Shown here: in pieces, positions 47,409-55,419 of the stretch
Position numbering within the stretch: the stretch's first letter is position 1
Layout: the number at the start of each line of letters is the position of its first letter
Source of the DNA: Melioribacteraceae bacterium
Lineage (GTDB): Bacteria; Bacteroidota; Ignavibacteria; Ignavibacteriales; Melioribacteraceae
Direction of reading: 5' to 3'
DNA length: 64,000 nt
Assembly (NCBI GenBank): GCA_963663615.1
Contig: OY760517.1
Location: forward strand, 1,193,042-1,257,041
The notes under the pieces: model-generated
What the model was told of the DNA's origin: nothing
What the model saw: only the letters and a program-made list of their open reading frames with translations
Databases searched by the model: none
Made by a program: the position numbers and the translations under genes

Positions 47409-49970
47409 ATGTTTGAAATGATTGTAAGTTCACTTGTAGGATATGCAACCACCAAAGGGCTGGATTGGGCGTTAAAGGATAATTCAAAAGCTCAAAAGGG
47501 GCTTACAAAACATATCAGGGAAACTACTGATGAATTTAAGTCTAAATACCCTATTGCGGAGGAGGGTACCAAATATCCGTTTTATAATTCACATGTGTTT
47601 GTTACAGAACTATTAAAAGCTCGTTTTTTTATAAACCGAGGATATAGTTTTAACATTTCCGAAATACAGGAATCTACCAACGAGCTAACAAATGTAATAA
47701 AACCTACAAATGAACAGGTAGTAGAATTCCTTAATGTTTTGGAAAATAAACTAAAAGAGGATGAGGATATAGAAGAGTTTGTTATCTCAGAAAACTATAA
47801 ACGTGAAATTTTTAATATAACAAACCTTCATTTACTATTACATGATAAACTGGACAACATAGAGAATAAACTTGATGACCTAAGCAGACAAGCAAATAAA
47901 AATCTTGAAGAAGGACAGCTAAACAATGTACCAAGCCGTGATGAAAGTGAAATAATTGGTAGAGGCAATAAACTTAATGAGGTGAAGCAAAAATTAAATG
48001 CCGGTGAACCGGTACTGTTATTAAACGGAATGGGTGGTGTTGGTAAAACAACAATTGCCGAGGTATTTGTTGCAAAATATTTTGCTGATTACAAACACAC
48101 TGCATGGATTACAGTTAAAGATAGTTTTGAGGATGCCCTAATTTCTGATTCGCTGTTGATTAAAAATCTTGGAATTACAAATACTGAAACTAAAAATTTA
48201 CTGGGTGAGTGCTTAGTTAAACTTAACAATTTACCCGGACCAAATTTACTAATTATTGATAATGCAGATATAAACCTGAAAAAAATTAAAAGGTTTTTAC
48301 CAAAAGCCCCTAACTGGCACATTTTAATTACTTCACGAAACAGAATGAAGGAATTTAATATTATTGATGTTGATTTTTTAACTGAAGATGAAGCAATAGA
48401 ATTATTTACCAAGTTTTGCAAAAGGTTTGATAATAACCAGATTAAAAATATTGTTAACCTTGTTGAATTACATACACTTACTGTTGAGGTGTTTGCAAAG
48501 GCTGCTGAAGAAAACAACTGGAGCTACGAAACATTATGCAACGCGCTTAAAGAAAACAGGGAAACCAATATTGATGATGTGCAACATGCAGATACCGAAC
48601 CGCTTGGTAAAATAAAAACTTACCTTGTTCGTATTTTTAACGCAAGTAATTTAACCCAAAACCAAAAATATATATTAAAACAATTTGCTGCCTTACCACA
48701 GGAATATTTTAGTATTGAAGTATTACAAGCATTATTACAGGTTGAGCAGCTTGATTGGAAAGAAAATTTTGTACATGAGGTAAAAACTTTATACCGAACC
48801 GGTTTTTTAATGTTTAATGAAGAAATAAATGCCTACAAACTACACGCTGTATTAAATGAAGTAGTTTTGGCAGAACTAAAACCCACAGTTGAAGATTGCA
48901 CGTTCCTTATAAACAGCGTAACTAATTTAGTAAGTTATGACCATCACAAAGATGACTATACCAAAAAATTCCCTTATATACCTTTGGGTGAAGCTGTGCT
49001 TAAAGTATTTAATAATTCTGAACATGAAAAAATTGCAATATTACAAAATTACCTTGGTATTTTGCTAAAACAGGCAGGTTTTTATGAAAAAGCCCGTGAA
49101 TATTTGGAAAAAGCGTTAGAGTTAGGTGCAAAGAATTTTGGAGAGAATCATCCCACAGTATCAATACTTTATTCAAACTTTGGTCTTGTCTATAAGGATT
49201 TGGGCGATTATGAAAAAGCCCGTGAATATTTGGAAAAAGCGTTAGAGTCAGGTATTAAAAACTTTGGAGAGACACATCCTACAGTGGCAACATATTATTC
49301 AAACCTTGGTCTTGTCTATCGGGATTTGGGCGATTATGAAAAAGCCCGTGAATATTTGGAAAAAGCGTTAGAGTTAGGTGCAAAGAATTTTGGAGAGAAT
49401 CATCCCACAGTATCAATACTTTATTCAAACCTTGGTCTTGTCTATAAGGATTTGGGCGATTATGAAAAAGCCCGTGAATATTTGGAAAAAGCGTTAGAGT
49501 CAGATATAAAAAACTTTGGAGAAGATCATCCCAGTGTAGCAACAAGATATTCAAACCTTGGTAGTGTTTATCAGGCTTTGGGCGATTATGAAAAAGCCCG
49601 TGATTATTTGGAAAAAGCGTTAGAGTCAGGTATTAAAAATTTTGGAGAAGATCATCCCAGTGTAGCAATAGATTATTCAAATCTTGGTATGGTTTATAAG
49701 GATTTGGGCGAATATGAAAAAGCCCGTGATTATTTGGAAAAAGCGTTAGAGTCAGATATAAAAAACTTTGGAGAAAATCATCCCAGTGTAGCAACTGATT
49801 TAAATAATCTGGGGTATGTTTATTGGAATATGGAAATGTTTAAAGAGGCAATTGAATCATGGGAACAGGCTTTTGTGATTTTGAAGGATACACTTGGTTT
49901 GGCACACCCATATACCAAAAGTGTGCAAAATACCCTTGAGCAGGCATATAAATTAACTGGCAAGGGGTAA
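47409..49970 (+). CDS. STAND NTPase: unknown N-terminal module + NB-ARC + TPR repeats
   Basis: Walker A GMGGVGKTT (48027-48053), Walker B LLIIDNAD (48246-48269), ILITSRN, then a helical region. At least six kinesin-light-chain-type TPRs follow (NLGLVYKDLGDYEKAREYLEKALE...FGENHPSVA). Confidence 0.85.
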   Translation: MFEMIVSSLVGYATTKGLDWALKDNSKAQKGLTKHIRETTDEFKSKYPIAEEGTKYPFYNSHVFVTELLKARFFINRGYSFNISEIQESTNELTNVIKPTNEQVVEFLNVLENKLKEDEDIEEFVISENYKREIFNITNLHLLLHDKLDNIENKLDDLSRQANKNLEEGQLNNVPSRDESEIIGRGNKLNEVKQKLNAGEPVLLLNGMGGVGKTTIAEVFVAKYFADYKHTAWITVKDSFEDALISDSLLIKNLGITNTETKNLLGECLVKLNNLPGPNLLIIDNADINLKKIKRFLPKAPNWHILITSRNRMKEFNIIDVDFLTEDEAIELFTKFCKRFDNNQIKNIVNLVELHTLTVEVFAKAAEENNWSYETLCNALKENRETNIDDVQHADTEPLGKIKTYLVRIFNASNLTQNQKYILKQFAALPQEYFSIEVLQALLQVEQLDWKENFVHEVKTLYRTGFLMFNEEINAYKLHAVLNEVVLAELKPTVEDCTFLINSVTNLVSYDHHKDDYTKKFPYIPLGEAVLKVFNNSEHEKIAILQNYLGILLKQAGFYEKAREYLEKALELGAKNFGENHPTVSILYSNFGLVYKDLGDYEKAREYLEKALESGIKNFGETHPTVATYYSNLGLVYRDLGDYEKAREYLEKALELGAKNFGENHPTVSILYSNLGLVYKDLGDYEKAREYLEKALESDIKNFGEDHPSVATRYSNLGSVYQALGDYEKARDYLEKALESGIKNFGEDHPSVAIDYSNLGMVYKDLGEYEKARDYLEKALESDIKNFGENHPSVATDLNNLGYVYWNMEMFKEAIESWEQAFVILKDTLGLAHPYTKSVQNTLEQAYKLTGKG
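49083..49838 (+). repeat. Six tandem 126-bp (42-codon) TPR-encoding repeats inside the STAND gene
   Basis: The unit starts TATGAAAAAGCCCGTGA(A/T)TATTTGGAAAAAGCGTTAGAGT. Units 1 (49083-49208) and 3 (49335-49460) differ at a single nucleotide. Confidence 0.9.
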
Positions 49971-49973
49971 AGG

Positions 49974-50014
49974 GTAGGGGCAATTCGTGACCATAGATTC
50001 CGATTTATAAGCGG
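49974..50014. repeat. Palindromic repeat family GTAGGGGCAATTC..., copy A (3' arm degenerate)
   Basis: GTAGGGGCAATTCGTGACCATAGATTCCGATTTATAAGCGG, 4 nt after the STAND stop codon. Confidence 0.7.
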
Positions 50015-50041
50015 CAGAAAGTCGAATAAATTAAAATTGTA

Positions 50042-50070
50042 TATGGGACGATTCGTGAATCGTCCGTACG
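50042..50070. repeat. Palindromic repeat family, short copy B
   Basis: TATGGGACGATTCGTGAATCGTCCGTACG. The arms GGACGATTC / GAATCGTCC are perfectly complementary. Confidence 0.7.
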
Positions 50071-50199
50071 ATTAGTTGAGAAGTTTAGTACCCGTTCTTT
50101 GGGAGCAATTATTTGCCATTTATATTTCAACATATTTTTTTGAAATAAGTGTTTTATCGAATTTTAATTCACAAATATTTTCTTTTAAAAGGAGACATT

Positions 50200-50814
50200 A
50201 TGGCAACAGAAAGTACAAATTCGATTACATTTAAAGAAACATTACTCATTGAAGAGTATAAAAGACTCAGAGCCGATAGACGTTACTGGGATAGTGCTCT
50301 ATTAAGAATTTTTATCCTACTTATCACAGTAGCGTTTTTAAGTATTGGTGCGATTATGCAACAATTACACCTCTCTAATGGTCAAAACAGTAACAATCTT
50401 ATTTGGAAAGTAATGATTATTGTTGCACCATATATTATGTCAATATTTTTTTCCGTTTACTTTATTATTATTGGCTCAATTAAGTTTAACTGTTTTTATA
50501 TAAAAAAGTTTGAAGAAAAATTTAATGATATTTTGGGAGAGAGCATTTTTAACTGGGAGCTCAAATTTATTGAAATGATGAGCCGCCCTTACTCAATTCA
50601 GTTTTGGGGTACAATCCTTTTTGCCGCTTATGTTCTAACCATTGAAGTCTATACCATGTATTTAAGCGGTGTTTACTTACATGATAATATATATAAACCT
50701 TACATAGTTTATACTCAGTGGCCAATATTTGGGGTTAATACAATTTTACTGATATATCATATTACACTCGAAAAAAGAGTAATTAAGTATTTTATCCGTA
50801 AAAAGGGTCTTTGA
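50200..50814 (+). CDS. Small 4-TM membrane protein of unknown function
   Basis: ATG 50200 is preceded by AAAGGAGA (50188-50195). Four hydrophobic helices; N-terminal cytoplasmic EEYKRLRADRRYWDS helix. Confidence 0.55.
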   Translation: MATESTNSITFKETLLIEEYKRLRADRRYWDSALLRIFILLITVAFLSIGAIMQQLHLSNGQNSNNLIWKVMIIVAPYIMSIFFSVYFIIIGSIKFNCFYIKKFEEKFNDILGESIFNWELKFIEMMSRPYSIQFWGTILFAAYVLTIEVYTMYLSGVYLHDNIYKPYIVYTQWPIFGVNTILLIYHITLEKRVIKYFIRKKGL

Positions 50815-50916
50815 GTTATAATTTGATTGATTTTGTGTCACATCGGGTTGGTAATCCGCTCTGCAATAGTGTTGCGTTTGATGCTTTTTGCTGTACACAA
50901 ACCTCTGAGATTAAAT

Positions 50917-51076
50917 GTTGGAGCAATTCATGTCACAAGATTCCGATTTATCGGAAAATCGCTCTTACGAAATAGAAATTAAATGTAGGGGCGATTCGTG
51001 TCCCCTGGATTCAGATTTGTCAATGGGGGCAATTCATGTCCTTAGATTCCGATTTATCGGAAAATTGCCCCTACGG
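50917..51076. repeat. Cluster of three copies (D,E,F) of the palindromic repeat family
   Basis: D is 50917-50969, E is 50985-51024, F is 51025-51076. The full unit is GGGGCAATTCATGTC-N-AGATTCCGATTTATCGGAAAATTGCCCCTACGG, with an outer stem GGGGCAATT/AATTGCCCC and an inner stem TTCCGA/TCGGAA. Confidence 0.75.
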
Positions 51077-51089
51077 AGTACAAATTAAA

Positions 51090-53780
51090 TTATTTCAGCA
51101 ATACCATTTTGCGGGTTTGGGTAAATTTACCCGCTTTTATTGTGTAAAAATATACACCGCTTGAGTATTGGGCTGCGTTAAAGTTTAGGGTGTAGCTACC
51201 TGCTTTTTTGTTTTCGTTTATAAGGGCAGCGGTTTTGCGTCCAAGTAAGTCGTAAATGTAAATTTCAACGTGTGTATCTTCCGGTAACTGGTAGCTTATT
51301 GTAGTTGCCGGATTAAACGGGTTAGGGTAATTTTGCAGTAGCTTGTACTCGGTTGGAGTTTCAGCCTCTTCTTCCACACCGGAAATTTCGTGAACCAGCG
51401 AAAACTTTACAGCATCGGCACGTATTACAGCACCTGCTGAGCTTGTGCCGTCATCCATTACTTGCAGGGTAACTGTTTCGCCTATATTAAGCATTTGTGT
51501 AAATAGGAATTTCCATTCCGGAGATTCATAATTTTGATCAAGGTATGCGTTTTTTACCTCATTGCCGTTAACATAAAGTGTATATTTGGCGTTATCGGTA
51601 CTGTTTTCGCTTTTTGGCAGCATAACATAAACCTGGTAAATACCGTTGTACTTAACACTAACATTGTATTGTGCATAATTAAGCGGATTATGGTTAAGGT
51701 AAGCGTACCTGCTCGACTCACCGTAAGCTTGTGTGTTGCTTGTTCGCCAGTCACCAAATTCGTTATAGTTCGATAAGTTTTCGTTATCAACCAGCGAGAA
51801 CGGATTTTCAACAGTTGCACGGCAAACAACTTTTTGGACCGGATTTATTGGATCGTCACTAACTATTTTAATTGTATCCTGAAAAATACCTGTTTCGGTT
51901 GCAAGGAATTTTACCGGAATATCCAAATTGCTCATTGGCTCAATAGTAATAGTTCTTTCCAGTACAGGATTAAACAAACCACTAACTGAGCTTATTTCGC
52001 TAATGGAAACAGATTCAATTCCATTATTTTGAATAGTAAGAGTAGCGTAAGCAGTTTCATATTTTGAAACAAGTTGAAAATCAAGCTCATAAACTTCTGG
52101 TCTTAATTCCTTGTCGCGAACAAGATCGCTCACCTTTAATACGTCAATTGCAAACTTTTTAGGCTTAATTGAGCCAGCGTAAGCAACAACGCTTAATTGG
52201 TTCTGAACCGGAGCATTTATATCGGCAGTACCAATGTAAATCCATTTATCAATATCGGGTGCAGAGCTAAATACTTTTCTGAATTGGAAATTGTCTCCGG
52301 TATGCAATTCAACTTTAATTGAATCAGCTGCATCATCAATAGCAGGAAATCTTAAAAAGTAATTATGCATACCGCTGTTATTTAGGTTAAAGCTGTATAG
52401 CATTTGGGCAGAATCCGATTGTGCAATGGCAGTAGTTTTTGAATCAAGGTTCCAGCCATCGTTAGATACAGTCGTCCAGCCGTTAGAAACAAAAGTACAA
52501 TTTTCGTCATTTGCATCGAAATATGTGTTACCAGCTTTATATTCTCTATGCTCTGTGGTGTGGTTACCAACAAGATCCGTAACTGCAACCGAAAGTTTTG
52601 CTATTTTTGATTTATTTACCGGAGTTGTTGTTCGCCATGTATTGGTTCCGGTAGCCTGGCAATGAAGTCGGGTATAGCGTTCGTAAATATCCTTTACAGC
52701 AACAAACGGTTCACCCTGAAATATAAATTCGTTTACTGAAATTTGGAAATATAAATCTTCACCCGATTCTTCTTCCGAAATAGTAACAGAAGGAGAGTGT
52801 GTATCATGAGTTTTCATCCATTCCTGCATGGCTTCAATAGCCGAGCAATATTGAAATTTAACTGTTGGATAGTTTGCGGCTACAACATGCATTAGCGAAT
52901 CAACTCTTAACATCTGTTCCGGAAAATCAGCCTCGGGCAGGTGCGACCAAACACAAGCCATCTGATCTTGTCCATTCAGTGCATTCTGAAACATTGTTTC
53001 GATGTACGATGAGTTAAAACTTTTCATGTATTTTGAACGTAGTTCCCATCCTTTTAGCTCACCCGGTACCTGATAGTTGGAATCTGCCGGATGGTAAGGT
53101 TCCCATGATGATGGAGCCATAGACCAATTGTAGATATTATTTATCGGTTCTTCGGTAACGTATCTATTGGCAGGGTAATCGTTGTGCATCGAAAATGGTA
53201 GAACATCCTCAAAATAATGTTGCCATTCATTTTCCATAAAATGCCAACCACCACGGAATGATACAGGAAAAACATCTTCATCAATCAATAACTGGCACAA
53301 GGTATATTCAAAATCTTCCTTGTAATCATCCCAATGTAATGCCTGATTCCAGTAATATACACCATCCTGATCATAATCAGTCCAAACGAAGTTATGGTAA
53401 TGAAGTGTAATTTCGTCACCAAGAATTGAAGCATTTTCGCCATGATATTTCTTGAAATAATAAAATATTATTGAATTGGGATCTGGTACATTTGTATTTA
53501 TGGCGTATCTAAAGGTATTACCAGCCATAATCCACCAAGTCATTTTCATTGGGGTTCCGTAACTATCCACCATTTGACTACGCCATGCGGGGTCCATAAC
53601 CTTGTATGCGTTACGACTCTGATCTGTATAAAGACCATGCTTGTAATAATGATAATGTTTTGAAGTATTTAATCCTTCCCAAATGCTAGTATCGCTACCG
53701 AGAACGATATAAACTTTCCCCTGGGAAAAAATTGAAGTTGAGATTACTAAAGCTAAAAGAACAGTAAGTAAATTTTTCAT
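51090..53780 (-). CDS. Secreted protein of unknown function with T9SS C-terminal domain
   Basis: Signal peptide MKNLLTVLLALVISTSIFSQG. C-terminal NYPNPFNPATTISYQLP...GVYFYTIKAG...RKMVLLK. Confidence 0.75.
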   Translation of the reverse strand: MKNLLTVLLALVISTSIFSQGKVYIVLGSDTSIWEGLNTSKHYHYYKHGLYTDQSRNAYKVMDPAWRSQMVDSYGTPMKMTWWIMAGNTFRYAINTNVPDPNSIIFYYFKKYHGENASILGDEITLHYHNFVWTDYDQDGVYYWNQALHWDDYKEDFEYTLCQLLIDEDVFPVSFRGGWHFMENEWQHYFEDVLPFSMHNDYPANRYVTEEPINNIYNWSMAPSSWEPYHPADSNYQVPGELKGWELRSKYMKSFNSSYIETMFQNALNGQDQMACVWSHLPEADFPEQMLRVDSLMHVVAANYPTVKFQYCSAIEAMQEWMKTHDTHSPSVTISEEESGEDLYFQISVNEFIFQGEPFVAVKDIYERYTRLHCQATGTNTWRTTTPVNKSKIAKLSVAVTDLVGNHTTEHREYKAGNTYFDANDENCTFVSNGWTTVSNDGWNLDSKTTAIAQSDSAQMLYSFNLNNSGMHNYFLRFPAIDDAADSIKVELHTGDNFQFRKVFSSAPDIDKWIYIGTADINAPVQNQLSVVAYAGSIKPKKFAIDVLKVSDLVRDKELRPEVYELDFQLVSKYETAYATLTIQNNGIESVSISEISSVSGLFNPVLERTITIEPMSNLDIPVKFLATETGIFQDTIKIVSDDPINPVQKVVCRATVENPFSLVDNENLSNYNEFGDWRTSNTQAYGESSRYAYLNHNPLNYAQYNVSVKYNGIYQVYVMLPKSENSTDNAKYTLYVNGNEVKNAYLDQNYESPEWKFLFTQMLNIGETVTLQVMDDGTSSAGAVIRADAVKFSLVHEISGVEEEAETPTEYKLLQNYPNPFNPATTISYQLPEDTHVEIYIYDLLGRKTAALINENKKAGSYTLNFNAAQYSSGVYFYTIKAGKFTQTRKMVLLK

Positions 53781-53921
53781 TTTCCACCCTGAAATTTACT
53801 GTAAAGCTACAAAAAAATATATTGATAATAAATGAAAACAATTATCATTTACCCGATAAAATAATTCCCCGTTATTGGCGGTGGTAGAGAGTTGCCACCC
53901 TGCGGATTTATTCTTATAAAA

Positions 53922-55232
53922 TTAAATATTCAGTTTAGCCTGACCACTTTCATCAATTTCCGGTTCATCAAAGCCTGGCAGTTCAAGCGATTTAACCGGT
54001 TTAATTGCATTACCAGCTATACCCCTTATGGAACCGTACATATTATTTGTACTAAGCAATACTTTCTGAATTTGTTTTTCACGCTTTTTCCATTGAGTTT
54101 GGAACGCACGTTTTTCAGATTCAAGGTCTTCCTGCATTTGGGTAAAACCTTCAACAATTGCTTCAATTTGTAACCTGAACTCGTTACCGGTAAGGAAATC
54201 ATAAAGTAGCGACATCTTATCGCCTTTATTTTCCTGCGTAGCAATTGCGTTACTAATCTGAACTACAGTATCACGAAGAACAAAACTTAATCCCTTAAAC
54301 TCGCTAAACGTACATATCCAAATTCCGTCACGCTGTCCCATACGATCCATATCGGCTGGCATTGCTTCAGTAACAAGAACTCCGATATCAGCATTTTTTT
54401 CGCGCATATCGGCACGGAATTTTTCAATCCATGTACGCTGGAAATCTTTTGTACGTTTACTTTCGTAATAAATTTTACCAACATCCTGAGCAGTGCGGGT
54501 ATTAACAATTTGCACACAATCGGCACCTCGTGCACCTTTTTTTATCTCTTCAATTTTATCAAGCGGGAAATTTTCTTTCAGGAATTCTTCAATGGCAAGC
54601 TCCTGAACTTCGCCTTGCATCTGCATTGAGCCCTGTTCGGCTTTACGGTTTGCTTCCTTAAGCTGTTCGCGTAACTGGTTAAGCTGATGATCTTTTTCGT
54701 TTAGTTTAAGTTCGTTTTCATCTTCAATCTTTTTACGAATTGATTCACGTTCTATTCTAATCTGCTCGCTAAGTTTTTTTTCAGCCTCAAGTTCAAGCTC
54801 AGCCTTCATATCATCTTTTTCACGTTTCAGTCTTTCAATTTCAGCTTTGGCTTTATTAAAATCGCGAAGCTTTTCCGATTTGCTTGTAAGCTCTTCTTTC
54901 AGGGTTTTCATTTCATCAGCTTGTTCTTCGGTAAGTTTATCGCGGAGTTGTTTTTCGATTTTTTGTTTTTCTTCCTTAACGCGTGTATTAACGTTAGCTT
55001 CAACCTCTTCCTGCATCTTGTTGCGTTCGGTTTGAAGCAGCTGTTTAGCGGTTTTAAGTTTTTCCTGCTCGCTGGTAAGCTGAGCGTATTTCGATTCGTA
55101 TTCTTTTTTCTGCTCACTAAGCTTTGTATTATATTCTTTATTAAGCTGTTCTTTTACCTGCGAAAATAAAACTTCATCTATATCTATTGATGTGCCGCAA
55201 TTAGGACAACTAATAGTATTTTTGTTTTGCAT
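53922..55232 (-). CDS. Zinc-ribbon / long coiled-coil / PD-(D/E)xK-like protein (DUF2130-like)
   Basis: N-terminal ISCPNCGTSIDIDE, ~190 aa of K/E-rich coiled coil, and a C-terminal GAD(238)...YYE(257)SK(259) nuclease-fold-like motif (nt 54456-54521). Confidence 0.6.
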   Translation of the reverse strand: MQNKNTISCPNCGTSIDIDEVLFSQVKEQLNKEYNTKLSEQKKEYESKYAQLTSEQEKLKTAKQLLQTERNKMQEEVEANVNTRVKEEKQKIEKQLRDKLTEEQADEMKTLKEELTSKSEKLRDFNKAKAEIERLKREKDDMKAELELEAEKKLSEQIRIERESIRKKIEDENELKLNEKDHQLNQLREQLKEANRKAEQGSMQMQGEVQELAIEEFLKENFPLDKIEEIKKGARGADCVQIVNTRTAQDVGKIYYESKRTKDFQRTWIEKFRADMREKNADIGVLVTEAMPADMDRMGQRDGIWICTFSEFKGLSFVLRDTVVQISNAIATQENKGDKMSLLYDFLTGNEFRLQIEAIVEGFTQMQEDLESEKRAFQTQWKKREKQIQKVLLSTNNMYGSIRGIAGNAIKPVKSLELPGFDEPEIDESGQAKLNI

Positions 55233-55419
55233 GGAAACCCGTATTTGTTTACTCCCAATTTAAGAATATAAGTTTTGAAATGAAATGATTACCGGACTTA
55301 CATCATTTCTTTGCTAAAAAAATGGTATTTAATCGGTTTGATGATAGTTATACTCTAATAATAAAATTCCGATTTAATTATATTGTTTGCATGTTTTAAA
55401 ATAATTTGCAGGCTATTAA

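Noticed and set aside
49279-49554. 91-aa minus-strand ORF inside the STAND gene
   Set aside because: It is antisense to the 126-bp tandem repeats, and its own sequence is simply periodic. It is an artefact of the repeat.
50917-51076. CRISPR array
   Set aside because: The repeats are internally palindromic but of unequal length (about 40-53 nt). They are directly abutting or irregularly spaced, with no unique spacers and no cas genes in the window.
54847-55169. Three short ORFs (54847-55035 +, 54908-55117 -, 54921-55169 +)
   Set aside because: All fall inside the K/E-rich coiled-coil coding region of the DUF2130-like gene. They are low-complexity reading-frame artefacts.
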